DNA of 64,000 nucleotides, from the IMG/VR virus record IMGVR_UViG_2930556935_000001, positions 7,108 through 71,107 of that record; one strand, written 5' to 3'. Position 1 is the stretch's first letter, and each line of letters opens with the position of its first letter. The notes under the pieces were generated by a model. The model was given only the letters and a program-made list of their open reading frames with translations. It was not told where the DNA came from and did no database searches. This document shows positions 1-10,900 of the stretch, piece by piece. The position numbers were made by a program, and so were the translations under genes. This stretch comes from a virus (Duplodnaviria > Caudoviricetes).

Positions 1-631
1 TCGTCAGGGTGTCGCCGGCCTTCACCGTGTACTCGGGCGCCGGCCGCAGGCGGATGCCGACGCGCTGCCGCATCCAGGACATCGAGAAGCCGCGGGGGTC
101 GACCTTCCCGGGCTGCCATTCGAGATGGCCGATGACGCTGCGCTCGCTCCATCCGTGGTGACGGCAGATCGCCGCCGACACCCGCTCGATGGCGTCCAGC
201 TGCACCGCCGGCCACGGATCCACGCCGTCCCCGAGGTTCTCGCACTCGAAGCCGTAGAAGTGCCGGTTGCCGTCGGTGTTCGCTTCGTTGTCCGCCGGAA
301 GCGCCGTCTCGTTGATGACCGCCGTCAGCACGTCGTCATCGCCCAGCCCTGCGTGATTGGCGCGGCCGTAGCCGACCAGGTGTACGCGGCCGTTCTTCGT
401 GATGACGCCGTGGCACAGCGGGCCCGGCAGATCCGAATGCCCGTCACGGCAGATCGCCACAGTCTTGGCGCTGCCCGACGTCACCGTGTGATGGATCATC
501 ACGCCGTTCATCGGGCCCCACGGCCCCTTGGCGTTCCGGTTGTGCTCACGCCAGTTGCCGACTTCGACGACGGTCAGACCTTCGGCTTTCAGGTCCGCCA
601 AGAACTGAGCGGCCGTCAGCGGTGCCGCCAT
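1..631 (-). CDS. endolysin, N-acetylmuramoyl-L-alanine amidase with LysM domain (C-terminus truncated by window edge)
   Basis: Not in ORF track; my translation from ATG at 631 gives MAAPLTAAQFLADLKAEG...GVMIHHTVT...YGRANHAG...YGFECEN...VIGHLEWQPGKVDPRG (amidase_2 Zn ligands) then EYTVKAGDTL (LysM start); TGATG overlap with upstream gene. Confidence 0.9.
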   Translation of the reverse strand, partial: MAAPLTAAQFLADLKAEGLTVVEVGNWREHNRNAKGPWGPMNGVMIHHTVTSGSAKTVAICRDGHSDLPGPLCHGVITKNGRVHLVGYGRANHAGLGDDDVLTAVINETALPADNEANTDGNRHFYGFECENLGDGVDPWPAVQLDAIERVSAAICRHHGWSERSVIGHLEWQPGKVDPRGFSMSWMRQRVGIRLRPAPEYTVKAGDTLT

Positions 632-831
632 CACTCACCGTCCAGCGCTGCGCGGACCATGCAGTCTTTGGCTTCCAGCAACTTGCGCAGGCCGGCCGTC
701 AGCTCCGGGCCGCTCAGCTTCTCCGCCAGGCTGTGTGCCAGCGCATGGAACGGCTGGCTGACTTCCTGGAGATCCGGCGGCAGGTGGCCATACTCGAAAT
801 AGCGGATAATGGATGCGATCGCGGGGTGCAT
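631..831 (-). CDS. small helical-hairpin phage protein, possible Acb2/Tad1-like fold
   Basis: 66 aa, RBS GAAGGG, coupled to endolysin; FxYxHLP...LA...ELTAGLRKLLEAKD pattern. Confidence 0.7.
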   Translation of the reverse strand: MHPAIASIIRYFEYGHLPPDLQEVSQPFHALAHSLAEKLSGPELTAGLRKLLEAKDCMVRAALDGE

Positions 832-834
832 GGG

Positions 835-1299
835 TTATCCCTTCGGATCTTCCGTGAACGGCGAACCGTCAATGAATTCGCTGCACTTGAGCGTCTTGTA
901 TCCGTCCTCGATGACCTCGAAGGAATGGTCATACGCTTCGGGATCGTCGGCGGCTTCCCGCGCCTTCGCTGACTTCGACTGCAAGAGCAGCTGATAGAGG
1001 GGGCAGAACGCGCCGCGCCGCGTGGCGGTCTGCGCGATGTCGAGCCGGGTCGTCAACTCAGTGATGCGATTCGCGTTGCTGTCGACTCGCACCAGTGCGA
1101 CACCGAACCCCACAGTCAGCGCGGCCGTCAGCGCGAAGCCCATGATCATGAGCCAGATCAGACGGCGGTTCGACTGGGACCGTTTCGCCAGAGAAACGAA
1201 GTGGTCTCCGCTGTCCTCGGCCAGTGCCTGCGTCTCCGCGAGCAGTTCAGTGGCCAGTTCTGCGAGCCGTGTCAGACGGTCCGGTTCCTGAGCAGTCAT
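835..1299 (-). CDS. single-TM lysis-cassette membrane protein
   Basis: One hydrophobic helix (LIWLMIMGFALTAALTVGFGVAL), coiled coil, two Cys; next to endolysin. Confidence 0.7.
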   Translation of the reverse strand: MTAQEPDRLTRLAELATELLAETQALAEDSGDHFVSLAKRSQSNRRLIWLMIMGFALTAALTVGFGVALVRVDSNANRITELTTRLDIAQTATRRGAFCPLYQLLLQSKSAKAREAADDPEAYDHSFEVIEDGYKTLKCSEFIDGSPFTEDPKG

Positions 1300-1444
1300 C
1301 GTTCTCCCCCGCCTCCCGCAGCGTCTGCACCTCTGCCATGAGGTCTTCCGAAAATGCCAACAGCCGGGCGGCGGTATTCAAGAGGTCGGCGCGGAGCTTC
1401 TTTGATTCGGCAATCAGTCGGTCGGCGCGGCTGTCCAGTGGCAT
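1247..1444 (-). CDS. small coiled-coil hypothetical protein
   Basis: MPLDSRADRLIAESKKLRADLL...; fills gap in operon but overlaps next gene by about 50 nt. Confidence 0.45.
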   Translation of the reverse strand: MPLDSRADRLIAESKKLRADLLNTAARLLAFSEDLMAEVQTLREAGENDDCSGTGPSDTARRTGH

Positions 1445-1448
1445 GGAA

Positions 1449-1718
1449 TCAACTCCGTCGGACAGCGGCCAAGGCGTCGGCAACCGCGCGATTCGCGTCG
1501 TTGATTGCCTGCGCTGAGTGAGTAATAGTGGAAACGTATTCACTTCTCACCGCTTCGTTCAGCTTGCGCAATTCCTCTTCGAGACGGTCCGCCCGTTCCG
1601 TCTCGCGATCGAGTGCAGCTGTCAGCCTGGTGAAGAGAACGCGCACTGCGGCGAGCGCCATCAATGCGACGACACCGACAGCGCCGTACTGAACAAGCAC
1701 TCCGGTGGCCGGATCCAT
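1449..1718 (-). CDS. putative holin-like membrane protein
   Basis: N-terminal TM (LVQYGAVGVVALMALAAVRVLF) plus coiled coil; first gene after the tail genes. Confidence 0.65.
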   Translation of the reverse strand: MDPATGVLVQYGAVGVVALMALAAVRVLFTRLTAALDRETERADRLEEELRKLNEAVRSEYVSTITHSAQAINDANRAVADALAAVRRS

Positions 1719-1726
1719 TCACACAC

Positions 1727-2797
1727 CTAATCCAGAAAGTATTCGAGGTTGAAGCTGAACCATGCGGGATCCGAGACGGTCACATCAAAGCTGTGATCGT
1801 GCGCTTCAGTGCCATCGGTACCGCCGTCGTTACCGGCAGTCGGATTTCCGTGTTTGTGCGTCGTGTTGCTGACGCTGTGCGCGTGGTCGTTGACCGAGGT
1901 GGTGCCGCCGGGCTCGCCGTCCGCCGCACTGCCGTGCTTGTGCGTCGTGGTCGGGATCCCGTGCACGTGGCTGCTCGCGCTGTTGGTCGTACCGCCGTGG
2001 TTGTGATCGTTGTTGGCGATGCCGTGCGTGTGGCTGCCCTCGGAGGAAACGCCCCCGCCGTGATCGTGATCGTTGTTGTCGATGCCGTGGCCGTGGCCCG
2101 ACTCGGCGTCGGTAGTGCCACCGGCCGGCGCCGTCGTGCCGCCGACCAGGGTCACGGTGCCGTCGGTCTCGAAGTCCAGCTTCACCGTGTTGCTGCCGCC
2201 GATCGCGGTACGGGCGACAATGATCGAGCGCTTCTCCACGGGGCGGTAGCCGGAGGCGAGCGGCGTCGACACGACGATCGTCCCGGAACTGCGCGTGGCC
2301 GCGCCCTTCCACTGCATCTTCGGTGAGCCGTTGTCCCACACCTTGCGGTAGCGGACGTTGCCGTTCGCATTCCCGTTGTGGCCGAAGCCGGCCCCCAACG
2401 TGACGACCGTCCACACGGACGCGGAGAAAGCCGCCGCGATCTGCCCGAGCGCCACCAGGTCCGTGCCCTGCTTGATGATCAGTGCGGTGTCCCCGACGAC
2501 CGGCGCGTAGCTGTCGATGTAGCGGACGCCGTCGATGGTCGTCGTCGTGTCACCCGAGATCTGCACACTGATCGTGGGCGGCGTCGCCGTGTCCGCTATC
2601 GCGACGACGACGCCCTTGCGGATCGTCGCGGGGTCGAAGTCCAGCACCGCTTGCTTCGCGATCTCCGCGGCGAGTTCGCGGATCGCGTCCGTCTGCGCCG
2701 CCTGCGCGGCGGCGGCTTCGGCGGCGGAGCCCTGTGCTGCCGCTTCCCCGGGGACGATCGGCGGTTCCTGCGGCACGGACTCGGAAGGAGAAGTCAT
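1727..2797 (-). CDS. minor tail / tail spike protein with His-x-His repeats
   Basis: Start MTSPSESV (ATGA overlap); OB-fold-like N-part (GVVVAI...YAPVVGD); C-terminal repeats with HxH motifs. Confidence 0.75.
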   Translation of the reverse strand: MTSPSESVPQEPPIVPGEAAAQGSAAEAAAAQAAQTDAIRELAAEIAKQAVLDFDPATIRKGVVVAIADTATPPTISVQISGDTTTTIDGVRYIDSYAPVVGDTALIIKQGTDLVALGQIAAAFSASVWTVVTLGAGFGHNGNANGNVRYRKVWDNGSPKMQWKGAATRSSGTIVVSTPLASGYRPVEKRSIIVARTAIGGSNTVKLDFETDGTVTLVGGTTAPAGGTTDAESGHGHGIDNNDHDHGGGVSSEGSHTHGIANNDHNHGGTTNSASSHVHGIPTTTHKHGSAADGEPGGTTSVNDHAHSVSNTTHKHGNPTAGNDGGTDGTEAHDHSFDVTVSDPAWFSFNLEYFLD

Positions 2798-3945
2798 CCG
2801 CCCCCCACCGTCCGCTTCTGCCGCAGCGTCAGGCCCTGCGTCCCCTTGGCGTCCAGCGGCACGTTGAAAGCGTCGACCGCGTACAGCCCCGCCACGTGGC
2901 TGCGAGCCCGCCTGACTTCGACGACCTGCCCCGCCTCGAACGCGGGGTTCACGACGCCCGATATGGAGAGCTGCGCGGAGAACCCGAGCAGGTTCCGCAG
3001 AAGCTGATCCGCCGTGGCCTGCGCCTCTTCGGCAGTCTTGATCAGCTGGTCCGTGATGAACTGCGGCACCTCGCCGTACGGACCGAGGTGGTACGTCGCC
3101 GACGTCGGCTCTTCGTCCCACGCCACCGCCCGCACCGGCGGCAGCTCATCCCCCGGCGACTCCCCCGTCAGAACGATCCCGTTGAACCCGGGCTCATCAG
3201 TGAAGACGCGAGAGAGGTCGATCATCGTGCAGCGCTGCCCCTCGATGTACGTGAAGTCCGGGGAAGGCAGCGCGTCGATGTCGGCCGGCGGGGCGATGAC
3301 CACGCCGCCTTCAACGTCGAAATAGATGTCGCAGCCCAGCGACATCGCGAGGTCGGTGACCGCGTCCCACGGGTCGTCGCCGACGTCGTACAACCGTGGC
3401 GCCGTCGTCGTCCTGGTCGTGCTGATCGAGTCGTACGCGAGGTCGGGAAAGGTGCGCGCCAAGATGTCTTTGATCGCGTCAATGATGTTGGCGCCAACCG
3501 GGATCACATACGGGGATGTGAACTTGTCGCGCGCCACCGTGCGGCTCAGGTCGAAGGCCTCAAGCTGGATGTCGGGGCTGCCGCCCGTCGTGTCCTGGAT
3601 GCTGACCTTCGCCAGCCGGAACACCCCCAGCGGCAAGACGTCTATCTCACCCTCGGGATGCTCCGGCGTCGCTGCGTAGCGCACGCCCCGGTACGGGCGC
3701 AGCTCCGTGCCGTACGGCGTCAGCAGCGATGACGTGTCGCTCGGGACCAGGGTCCCCAGAGGATCTACGCACACGGCCTTACAGGTCCGCCGAATCGCGG
3801 CGGTCCGGTCGACGCTGACCTCTCCGCCGGTGGCGGGCAGACGCACCCGCTCCTGCGTCGGAGAGATCACGTCCACGTACGAGTAGACCTCGTGACTCTG
3901 CCTGATCTCCGAAAGCAGGCGGGCCGATGCACGCTGAACTGTCAC
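2794..3945 (-). CDS. minor tail protein (baseplate hub / DUF5047-like)
   Basis: GTG start with GAGGGG RBS; GGEVSVDRTAAIRRT, LTPYGTEL, LPLGVFRL, YHLGPYGEVP motifs typical of actinophage minor tail proteins. Confidence 0.8.
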   Translation of the reverse strand: MTVQRASARLLSEIRQSHEVYSYVDVISPTQERVRLPATGGEVSVDRTAAIRRTCKAVCVDPLGTLVPSDTSSLLTPYGTELRPYRGVRYAATPEHPEGEIDVLPLGVFRLAKVSIQDTTGGSPDIQLEAFDLSRTVARDKFTSPYVIPVGANIIDAIKDILARTFPDLAYDSISTTRTTTAPRLYDVGDDPWDAVTDLAMSLGCDIYFDVEGGVVIAPPADIDALPSPDFTYIEGQRCTMIDLSRVFTDEPGFNGIVLTGESPGDELPPVRAVAWDEEPTSATYHLGPYGEVPQFITDQLIKTAEEAQATADQLLRNLLGFSAQLSISGVVNPAFEAGQVVEVRRARSHVAGLYAVDAFNVPLDAKGTQGLTLRQKRTVGGG

Positions 3946-3959
3946 CGGCCCGCCCCTCG

Positions 3960-6900
3960 TTACACAGGTGCCGCCACCTGTACGAACGTGATCTTCACGT
4001 TGCGGATCGGATCGACCTTGCGCTGACCCGTCGGCAGAATCTCCGCCTGGATATCGCCGATGGGCCGGACCCACCACGCGTGATCGACGTCGCTCTGAAG
4101 GAAGAGCGTCCGGCCGGAACGCAGCAGCTTCCGCAGCGGCGCGTATTCCTCGCGCCGCATTCGCAGCGTGAGTTCGAGGGCGTCGCCCTTGTAGCCCTCC
4201 GTGAGAACCAGCGGGAGAGCCTCGCCCAAGGGCTGGTACATGACGCTCGTACCGGTCGTGCCGACCTGGATCGTCTCCCACGCGACGCGCAGCGAGATGT
4301 TGCTGTCCGGGTCGGTGATGTCCTTCAACCACCAGTTCAGGGCGGACAGCGACACTTCGTCACTGGCCGGCCCGTAACCGGAAACGAACTGATCCCCGGC
4401 AAGGCCGTAAGAAATGGTCTGCGCCCGGTACCGCCGGTTCACCAGCGGGATGATGGTGTGATCCGTGTACGTGGCGACGCCGGACAGCGGATCGAAAACA
4501 GGGGGACTCGTATCGAGCCCAGACAACGTCTGCCAGTCCCCGTACCCGGTGCCGTCGTCGTCGGCGTACTGAATGACCGGCGAATGCCAGACGGCGTGCG
4601 TCGTGCGGCCGGTGCCGTTCCGCCACACCGGTGACAACCCGAGCATGATGCCGACCCGATCGAAATACACGAGGTCCGACACGGCGCGGTCCGTCACCGC
4701 AACTTCACCCTTGATGCGGGTCGTCCCCTCAGGAATGTCGAACACCCCGGAGGACTTGACCCACGTCGTCGTGCCGAACGACGACCCCTGAATCGTCTGA
4801 GAGCTGATGAGCTGATTCGCCCGGTAGAAAAGCAGCTTCAGATAGGGCGTGCCCGCCGCGCTGCCGAGGAACGCCGAAGTGAACGTGACCCTCTGCCCTG
4901 CGAGCCGAAGAATCGCCGGATCGATGCCCGACACCTCGATGGCGTCCGGCATGGCGGCGCTCGTTCTGCCCGACACCTGCGGGACAGCCGGCTTGATCAG
5001 CCCGACCCACGACGCCGCGGAGTTGAGATCCGTGCCCGAGCCCGGAGTGAACGCGCCCGTGACGCTGGTAGCGCCGATCGGCACGACGCCGTTCGAGTCG
5101 TACACCCCGGTCGTCAGCCACGGATCCGCGCTGCCGACCGTCGTGTCATTGCGCTCCGTCTCGTTGGCACCCGCGGCCGGCGCCGACGGCAGCGGCTTGA
5201 TGAGCCCGATCCACGACGCACCGCCGTAGAAGTTCCGGTTCAGAACGCCGGTGCGTGAATGCGAGCCGGTGCCCACCGGCCCGTTCGAGTCGGTCATCAT
5301 CAGCGTCGCCGTGCGATACGCGAACGTGCTGATCTGGTACTCAGCCGAAGCGTCCGAGCGTTCCGTGACCTCCGATGTAGAACCCCACGTCGTGTAGTAG
5401 TCGCCGGACGCACCAAACGCGCTGATACGCCAAGCCCGCGAATCGGTGTTCGTGACGCTCGCCGTCGTCACCGTGTTGCCGCTGCCGACCTGGCTCGTGT
5501 TCTCCGCGATGAACTGATTCGCCGCGGTGTCCGCGTTCCGGTACGCGCTGACCTGCGTCACAACCGGCTTCACCGTGGCGCTGAGTGCTCCCGACCAGCT
5601 GCTCGGCTCGGAGCCGCCCGCTGTCCGCTTCAGCACCGCGAAGCGGAGAGACGCTGTGCCGTCGACCTCCGTGATCTGCCGGACGACCGTCCAGCCCGAC
5701 GGAGCCGTCAACGTCGCCACGACCGTGTCACTGATCGCCACCGTGGCGACCATCAGGTCACCGGACACCACACCCGACGGGCGGTTGATCGTGTACGTGG
5801 TGGCGTTCGCCGTCGCCGTCCAGGCAGTGCCCTTGCCGACATAGCTGATGTCCGCGGACGTCGTCGGCGGCGCGATGTTCGCAACCAGCGAGCCGCCCGC
5901 CGTGCTGTCGCTCACCGCGAACGCACTCAGCCGCCACGCATTCGCATCACTGTTGTTGATCACAGCTGAGGTCAGGTACAGCGGCGTCCCCGTCGCCCTG
6001 GTGAGCACCCCCTCGGCAATGAACTGATCACTTGCGTCGGCGGCGCCCGAGTAGGCGACCACGACCGCGTACCGACGGGTCGACGTCGCGCTCAGGACGC
6101 CGTCCGTCCAGCTGCTCGGCTCCGAGCCACCTGCGGTCCGCTTCAGGATGAAGAGAGCCGTGTCCGTCGTCCCGTCGTCGACGGACGCGACGTTCACCGC
6201 AGTCCAGCCGACCGGCGGCGTGATGCCGCCGTGCTGATTCGAACTGACGAAGGCCACCATCAGGTCGCCGGTCGTCACGCCGGCCGGCTTGTTGAGCGTG
6301 AAGTCCGTGCCCGACGTCGGAGACGTGAAGGCGGTCCCGGTCGCCCGGAACGCGAGCGACGGGGTGATGCCCGTGTACGTGAGCCTCTTCGTCAGCGAGC
6401 CGTGCGAGCCGGTGCCCGTCACGGCGACGCGGGAGATCGAGGAACCTGTGCCCGCTATCCAGTTGTCGCCCACCGGGTCATCGCCCGTGGCGCTGAAGGC
6501 GGACAGGATGTTGCGGCTCGCATGCCCGCCGTCCGACCACGGAGCGTTCGCCCCGTACATCAGACCGACGTGGTCGACGTTGTGCACCTCCGCGTTCGCC
6601 GGGGACGCCACCTCGACTTCCACGCGGGCATGCACGGTCCCGGCCGGCGAGGTGCCGGTGCCTACTGCTTCCGTCCATGTCGACGTGGAGTCCGTGACCG
6701 TGCCGGTGACCGTGCCCCCCAGCGCGGTGAACGTCTCGTCATAGAACCTGATCCGGGCATTGCACGTCCGGGCGGTCACCGCGGACCGCAGCTGGGCCCG
6801 CACCGTCACCGGAGCGAGCGGCGACAGTTCGACGAACGGGCCCTGAACGGACATCGTCGCCGCGCTGCTCGCGGTGAGCTTCAGCGAAGCCACACCCGCG

Positions 6901-7922
6901 TAGTACGTCGAAGTGTCCTGCGCGGCGGTGCAGTTGGTCGTCGTGTATTCGGGGGCGTCCGTCAGCGTCTCGAAGTCCGCACTCTGCACGGAGAGCAGGT
7001 TCGAGCTGTCCCGCAGCGTGAGCGCCGCCGAAGAGTCGAAGGCGTCCGGGACGACGGAGACGACGCCGATACCCGGAGTGCCGGACACCGTGTTGTCGTC
7101 CCCGGGCACGCCGGGCGAGGGGCCCTGTACGGCGAACGCCCTGCCCACCCACGTGCTCTTCGCTCCGAAGGATGAGTAGACCCGCACGTACACGCTGTAC
7201 GCGTCGGCGTTGATCGACGTCGGCAGCGTCTCGCTGATGATGTCGCCGGTCACCGTGCGCGCGAACGCGGCCGGCGACCTGTCGGGATCGAACGTCGACT
7301 CCGCTACCTGGATCGCCGTGAACACCTTGTACTCGGCTTTCGCCTGCGGGTCGCCGTCCGCCTGCGCGTACGTCCAGCTGATAACCGGGGACGGGGTCAG
7401 CACGGTGCCGGTCGGCGCCTCTACGGTGACCGTCGGCCGGACGCGGTAGTTGATCTGCGCGTACACCTTGTACACGCGGATGCAGTCGAAGACCGCGCTC
7501 ACGCTGAAGCACTGGCAGAGCAGCTTGTTCAGCCGGTGGATGTCCCACGGGTGCCCGAGAGGGTCACGCGTGTACGTCGCCACCTCGTACGTCTGGATCG
7601 ACGTAATCGGGTAGATGGTGCGGCTCGTGAACTTCGAGGTGTCGTCCAGGCATGAGACGTTCACCGTGACCGACCGCGAGCCGAACCCCACCTTCGCGCA
7701 CCGGATGTAGATGGTCACCGACGTGATGACAGCGCCGTCCGGAACCGTGTTGATGTCGACGGGGAACCTGACGCAAGCCCTCCCCTTGTGGGGAGGGTTG
7801 CGGCAGTACTTCGTGTCGTCATCGTTGTTCCAGCAGTGGAAGAGTCGGGACACGGCCGTGCCCACCAATGACCAACCTTCATTCCTGAAATCGTCATTGC
7901 AGATGTGGGCAAGACCTGTCAT
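3960..7922 (-). CDS. large minor tail protein (distal tail / receptor binding, carbohydrate-binding-like domains)
   Basis: 1320 aa, Thr/Ser/Gly-rich, directly after tape measure; internally duplicated domain (NKPAGV..GDLMVA...LKRTAGGSEPSSW twice). Confidence 0.8.
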   Translation of the reverse strand: MTGLAHICNDDFRNEGWSLVGTAVSRLFHCWNNDDDTKYCRNPPHKGRACVRFPVDINTVPDGAVITSVTIYIRCAKVGFGSRSVTVNVSCLDDTSKFTSRTIYPITSIQTYEVATYTRDPLGHPWDIHRLNKLLCQCFSVSAVFDCIRVYKVYAQINYRVRPTVTVEAPTGTVLTPSPVISWTYAQADGDPQAKAEYKVFTAIQVAESTFDPDRSPAAFARTVTGDIISETLPTSINADAYSVYVRVYSSFGAKSTWVGRAFAVQGPSPGVPGDDNTVSGTPGIGVVSVVPDAFDSSAALTLRDSSNLLSVQSADFETLTDAPEYTTTNCTAAQDTSTYYAGVASLKLTASSAATMSVQGPFVELSPLAPVTVRAQLRSAVTARTCNARIRFYDETFTALGGTVTGTVTDSTSTWTEAVGTGTSPAGTVHARVEVEVASPANAEVHNVDHVGLMYGANAPWSDGGHASRNILSAFSATGDDPVGDNWIAGTGSSISRVAVTGTGSHGSLTKRLTYTGITPSLAFRATGTAFTSPTSGTDFTLNKPAGVTTGDLMVAFVSSNQHGGITPPVGWTAVNVASVDDGTTDTALFILKRTAGGSEPSSWTDGVLSATSTRRYAVVVAYSGAADASDQFIAEGVLTRATGTPLYLTSAVINNSDANAWRLSAFAVSDSTAGGSLVANIAPPTTSADISYVGKGTAWTATANATTYTINRPSGVVSGDLMVATVAISDTVVATLTAPSGWTVVRQITEVDGTASLRFAVLKRTAGGSEPSSWSGALSATVKPVVTQVSAYRNADTAANQFIAENTSQVGSGNTVTTASVTNTDSRAWRISAFGASGDYYTTWGSTSEVTERSDASAEYQISTFAYRTATLMMTDSNGPVGTGSHSRTGVLNRNFYGGASWIGLIKPLPSAPAAGANETERNDTTVGSADPWLTTGVYDSNGVVPIGATSVTGAFTPGSGTDLNSAASWVGLIKPAVPQVSGRTSAAMPDAIEVSGIDPAILRLAGQRVTFTSAFLGSAAGTPYLKLLFYRANQLISSQTIQGSSFGTTTWVKSSGVFDIPEGTTRIKGEVAVTDRAVSDLVYFDRVGIMLGLSPVWRNGTGRTTHAVWHSPVIQYADDDGTGYGDWQTLSGLDTSPPVFDPLSGVATYTDHTIIPLVNRRYRAQTISYGLAGDQFVSGYGPASDEVSLSALNWWLKDITDPDSNISLRVAWETIQVGTTGTSVMYQPLGEALPLVLTEGYKGDALELTLRMRREEYAPLRKLLRSGRTLFLQSDVDHAWWVRPIGDIQAEILPTGQRKVDPIRNVKITFVQVAAPV

Positions 7923-10900
7923 TACGGACGCCTCCCGACTCCCTGTTGGAGAGCCATCCGAAGTTTCGGAATGGTCTCTGATTCGAGGCGGTCGACAACG
8001 CCGTGATCCACGTTGCCGCTGATAGGAATGCTGATATCGAAGTGGTCGCCGCCGCCGCTGCCCTTACCGACAAGCTTCGACAGCGGGTCGACGCGCTCGC
8101 CGCCACGGAAATTGACTAGCTCCGGCTGCGTCTCACCGACCCACGCGGGGCCTGAATGGGCACCCGGCGTGCCGAGGCCGTACCAGTGCGGAGAGCGTGC
8201 CTGCCATTTCGAATAGGCCGACGTCGGAGATCCGTACACCGACTTGATGTAACCTTCGCCCCACTTGATTTGCGTGGTGGCGTTGGTCTTCCAGTCGCTT
8301 CCGGCTGACGCCATCTTCGAAGCAGGGAGTGCCTGCGGAATTCCGTATGCGCCGCTGCTGGGGTTCTTCGCGTTCCAGCGCCATCCGGACTCGCCCGCCC
8401 AGAGCTTCTGAAGAGCCGGCCACTGTCCGGAGTTCCAGCCGTACTTCGACAACATCGCTTTGGCCGTAGCCTGCGCGGCGCCGACCGTGCCGCCCGCACC
8501 GCCCGCCGACTTCGACGGCATGAATCCGTACCAGCTGTCGAAAAGCGAATTGTTGTATCCGCGAGCATTGGAACCGATGACTACGCCGGCGCCTCCGCGA
8601 GATTCCACGTTGACGCCATTCAGCGTTCCCGCCGTGTGACCGACGCCAGCATTTGTTACGCCGATCGTGAACGGCGCTTTCTCGTGATACTTCCATCCGC
8701 TCGGAGCGCTACCGCCGTTGAATGCGCCAGTAGCCCAGAGACGCCGGTACGTGCTATTGCCCATGATGACGTTCTGGATATCGCCCATGAAGCCTGAGCA
8801 GTCATAACCGCCAGGGCCCACACCGCCCCACAAGTAGGGCTTACCGGCCTGTGCCTTCGCCCACGTCAGAGCATCGGCCACCGAACCGCCCGCAACATCC
8901 GGAGCGACGTCGTTCGCCTTCACCCACGACTTCACCGCGGACGCGATCTTGTCGACCATGCCGACACCCATGGACTCAAGCGCGTTCCCGTCACCGGGAA
9001 CCGCGGTACGGACCGCGGCCTTGCCGACCTTCGCAACGCCGTCCACGGCCGCGCTGAACGGGCCCGAGATGGCGCCCAACGCCAAGTCCTTCAGCTTGCC
9101 CAGTGCACCGCTGATGGCGCCGCCGATGTCTCCGAGACTGGGACCGATACCCGTCCCCAGGAACCCGCCCCCGTCATCGAACGACGAACCACCGTACGTC
9201 CGGACCTTGGCGCCGCCCATCGCCTGACTGCGCAGAGCAGCAACGGCCTTGTGTCCGCCGGCCCCCTTCACTTCAGCGGCCGTCCACACGTGCTCGTTGG
9301 GGTGCAGCTTGGCGAGGAATCCGTCAGCCGATCCGGCGCCGGTGGGACCGCCGTCCTTGAATGCGGGAAGCGTGAAAGCCCCTAGCTCTTTGGCACCGAA
9401 AGCCCCTGCGACGATATTCCAGAGTTTCCGAATTCCGTTGTTATAGACCACGTTGACGATTGCCTGAATAGGCGCCCGCACCAGTTCCCGCAACTTGTCC
9501 CACGCTTTGCCGATGGCAGTGACGCCCGCAGTGAATGCGGCAGGGATCGTCTTCGTGAAGAAGTTGTTGACCGGATTCCAGAACGTCTCACGCAGCCACG
9601 TCGACCCGACAGAGAACGTCGTCCGCATCGCCGTCCAAAGGACGGTTGCAGCATTCGTTATGGAAGTCACCGCCGACTGGAAGAGAGTCCGGATTGTTGT
9701 CCAGGCCGTATTCCAGATCGCCTGTACAGCGGTAAGGAACGCCTGCACGCCGGTGCGAATTGTGTTCCACGTGGCGGTAGCAACGGCAATGACGGCCTGC
9801 ACGAACACCTGGAAAAGATTGCGTATCGCATTCCAGGCGGCCGTCCATACAGCCTTCACGCCGTCGAGGAACGCCTGAAAAACTCCCCGGAACGCCGCCC
9901 ATGCCGCCGCCGCAACGGACTGAACCGCTGCCCAGAAGGCCGACCAGGCGGCAGTGAGAACACCACTGAATGCCAGGAACACGGACCTTATGACGTTGAG
10001 GAATGACTGCCAAGCGGTATTTATCAGATTCCATATCGCTTGCCCAGCCGCCTGTATCGCCGTCCAGGCCTTACTCCAATTGCCGGTGAATATCGCAGTG
10101 AACGTCAGGAAAATCGCGGTGACGGTTTTCCACAAGACGTCCCAAGCCGCCTTGATGACGTCCCATATTCCGGTAGCCGTTGCGGCAACGATTTTCCAGG
10201 CGCCGGAGAATATCGCGGCGAATGTCGCGTAGAAGACGTTCCAGATTCCGGTGACCACTGCCCAGACGACCGACCAGGCGCCGGTAAGGACGGCCCACGC
10301 CACCTTCGCCGTGCTGGTGAGCAGCGCCCACGCGATCGACCAGGCTCCGGAGAGAACCGCCCACGCCACGTCGAAGGTGGACTTTATGACGGTCCATACG
10401 AGATTCCACGCGGAGGTCAACAGATCCCAGTAGGCCTTTACGGAATCGACCAGGCCCTGCCAGCTGGCCTTGATCGACGGGCCGAAAGTCCCCCAGAAGG
10501 CTGACCACACTATGGTCACCCCGGACCAGAGCACCGACCACGCCTCTTTGATATCGCCCCAGACCTGGTCGATTACCAACTTGAGTTCTGGCCACACCTG
10601 ATTCCAGGTCTGAATGAAAGGCTCGCTGAACGCGTGCCACGCGTCGAGCAAGCCGCCCCAAATGGAATTCCACGTGCTCGAAAGCCAGCCGGTGAAATCG
10701 GACCATCCGGACTTCAGCGCCGCCCAGACCGTAAGAGCGGAATCCCTGATCCATCCCCAGATCTCATCCCAGTGCTTCCAGACGAGGACGGCGAGACCGA
10801 GGGGGCCCATCAGGAGAAGCAGGAACTGCCCCCACCCGTGGGTGAGAAAATCCCACACCGTGAGCGCCGTCTTCTTAATGAATCCCCAGGTGGCATCCCA

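Noticed and set aside
3960-7922. Diversity-generating retroelement acting on tail genes
   Set aside because: The internal duplication is a diverged protein-domain repeat, and no reverse transcriptase or adenine-specific TR/VR pair was seen.
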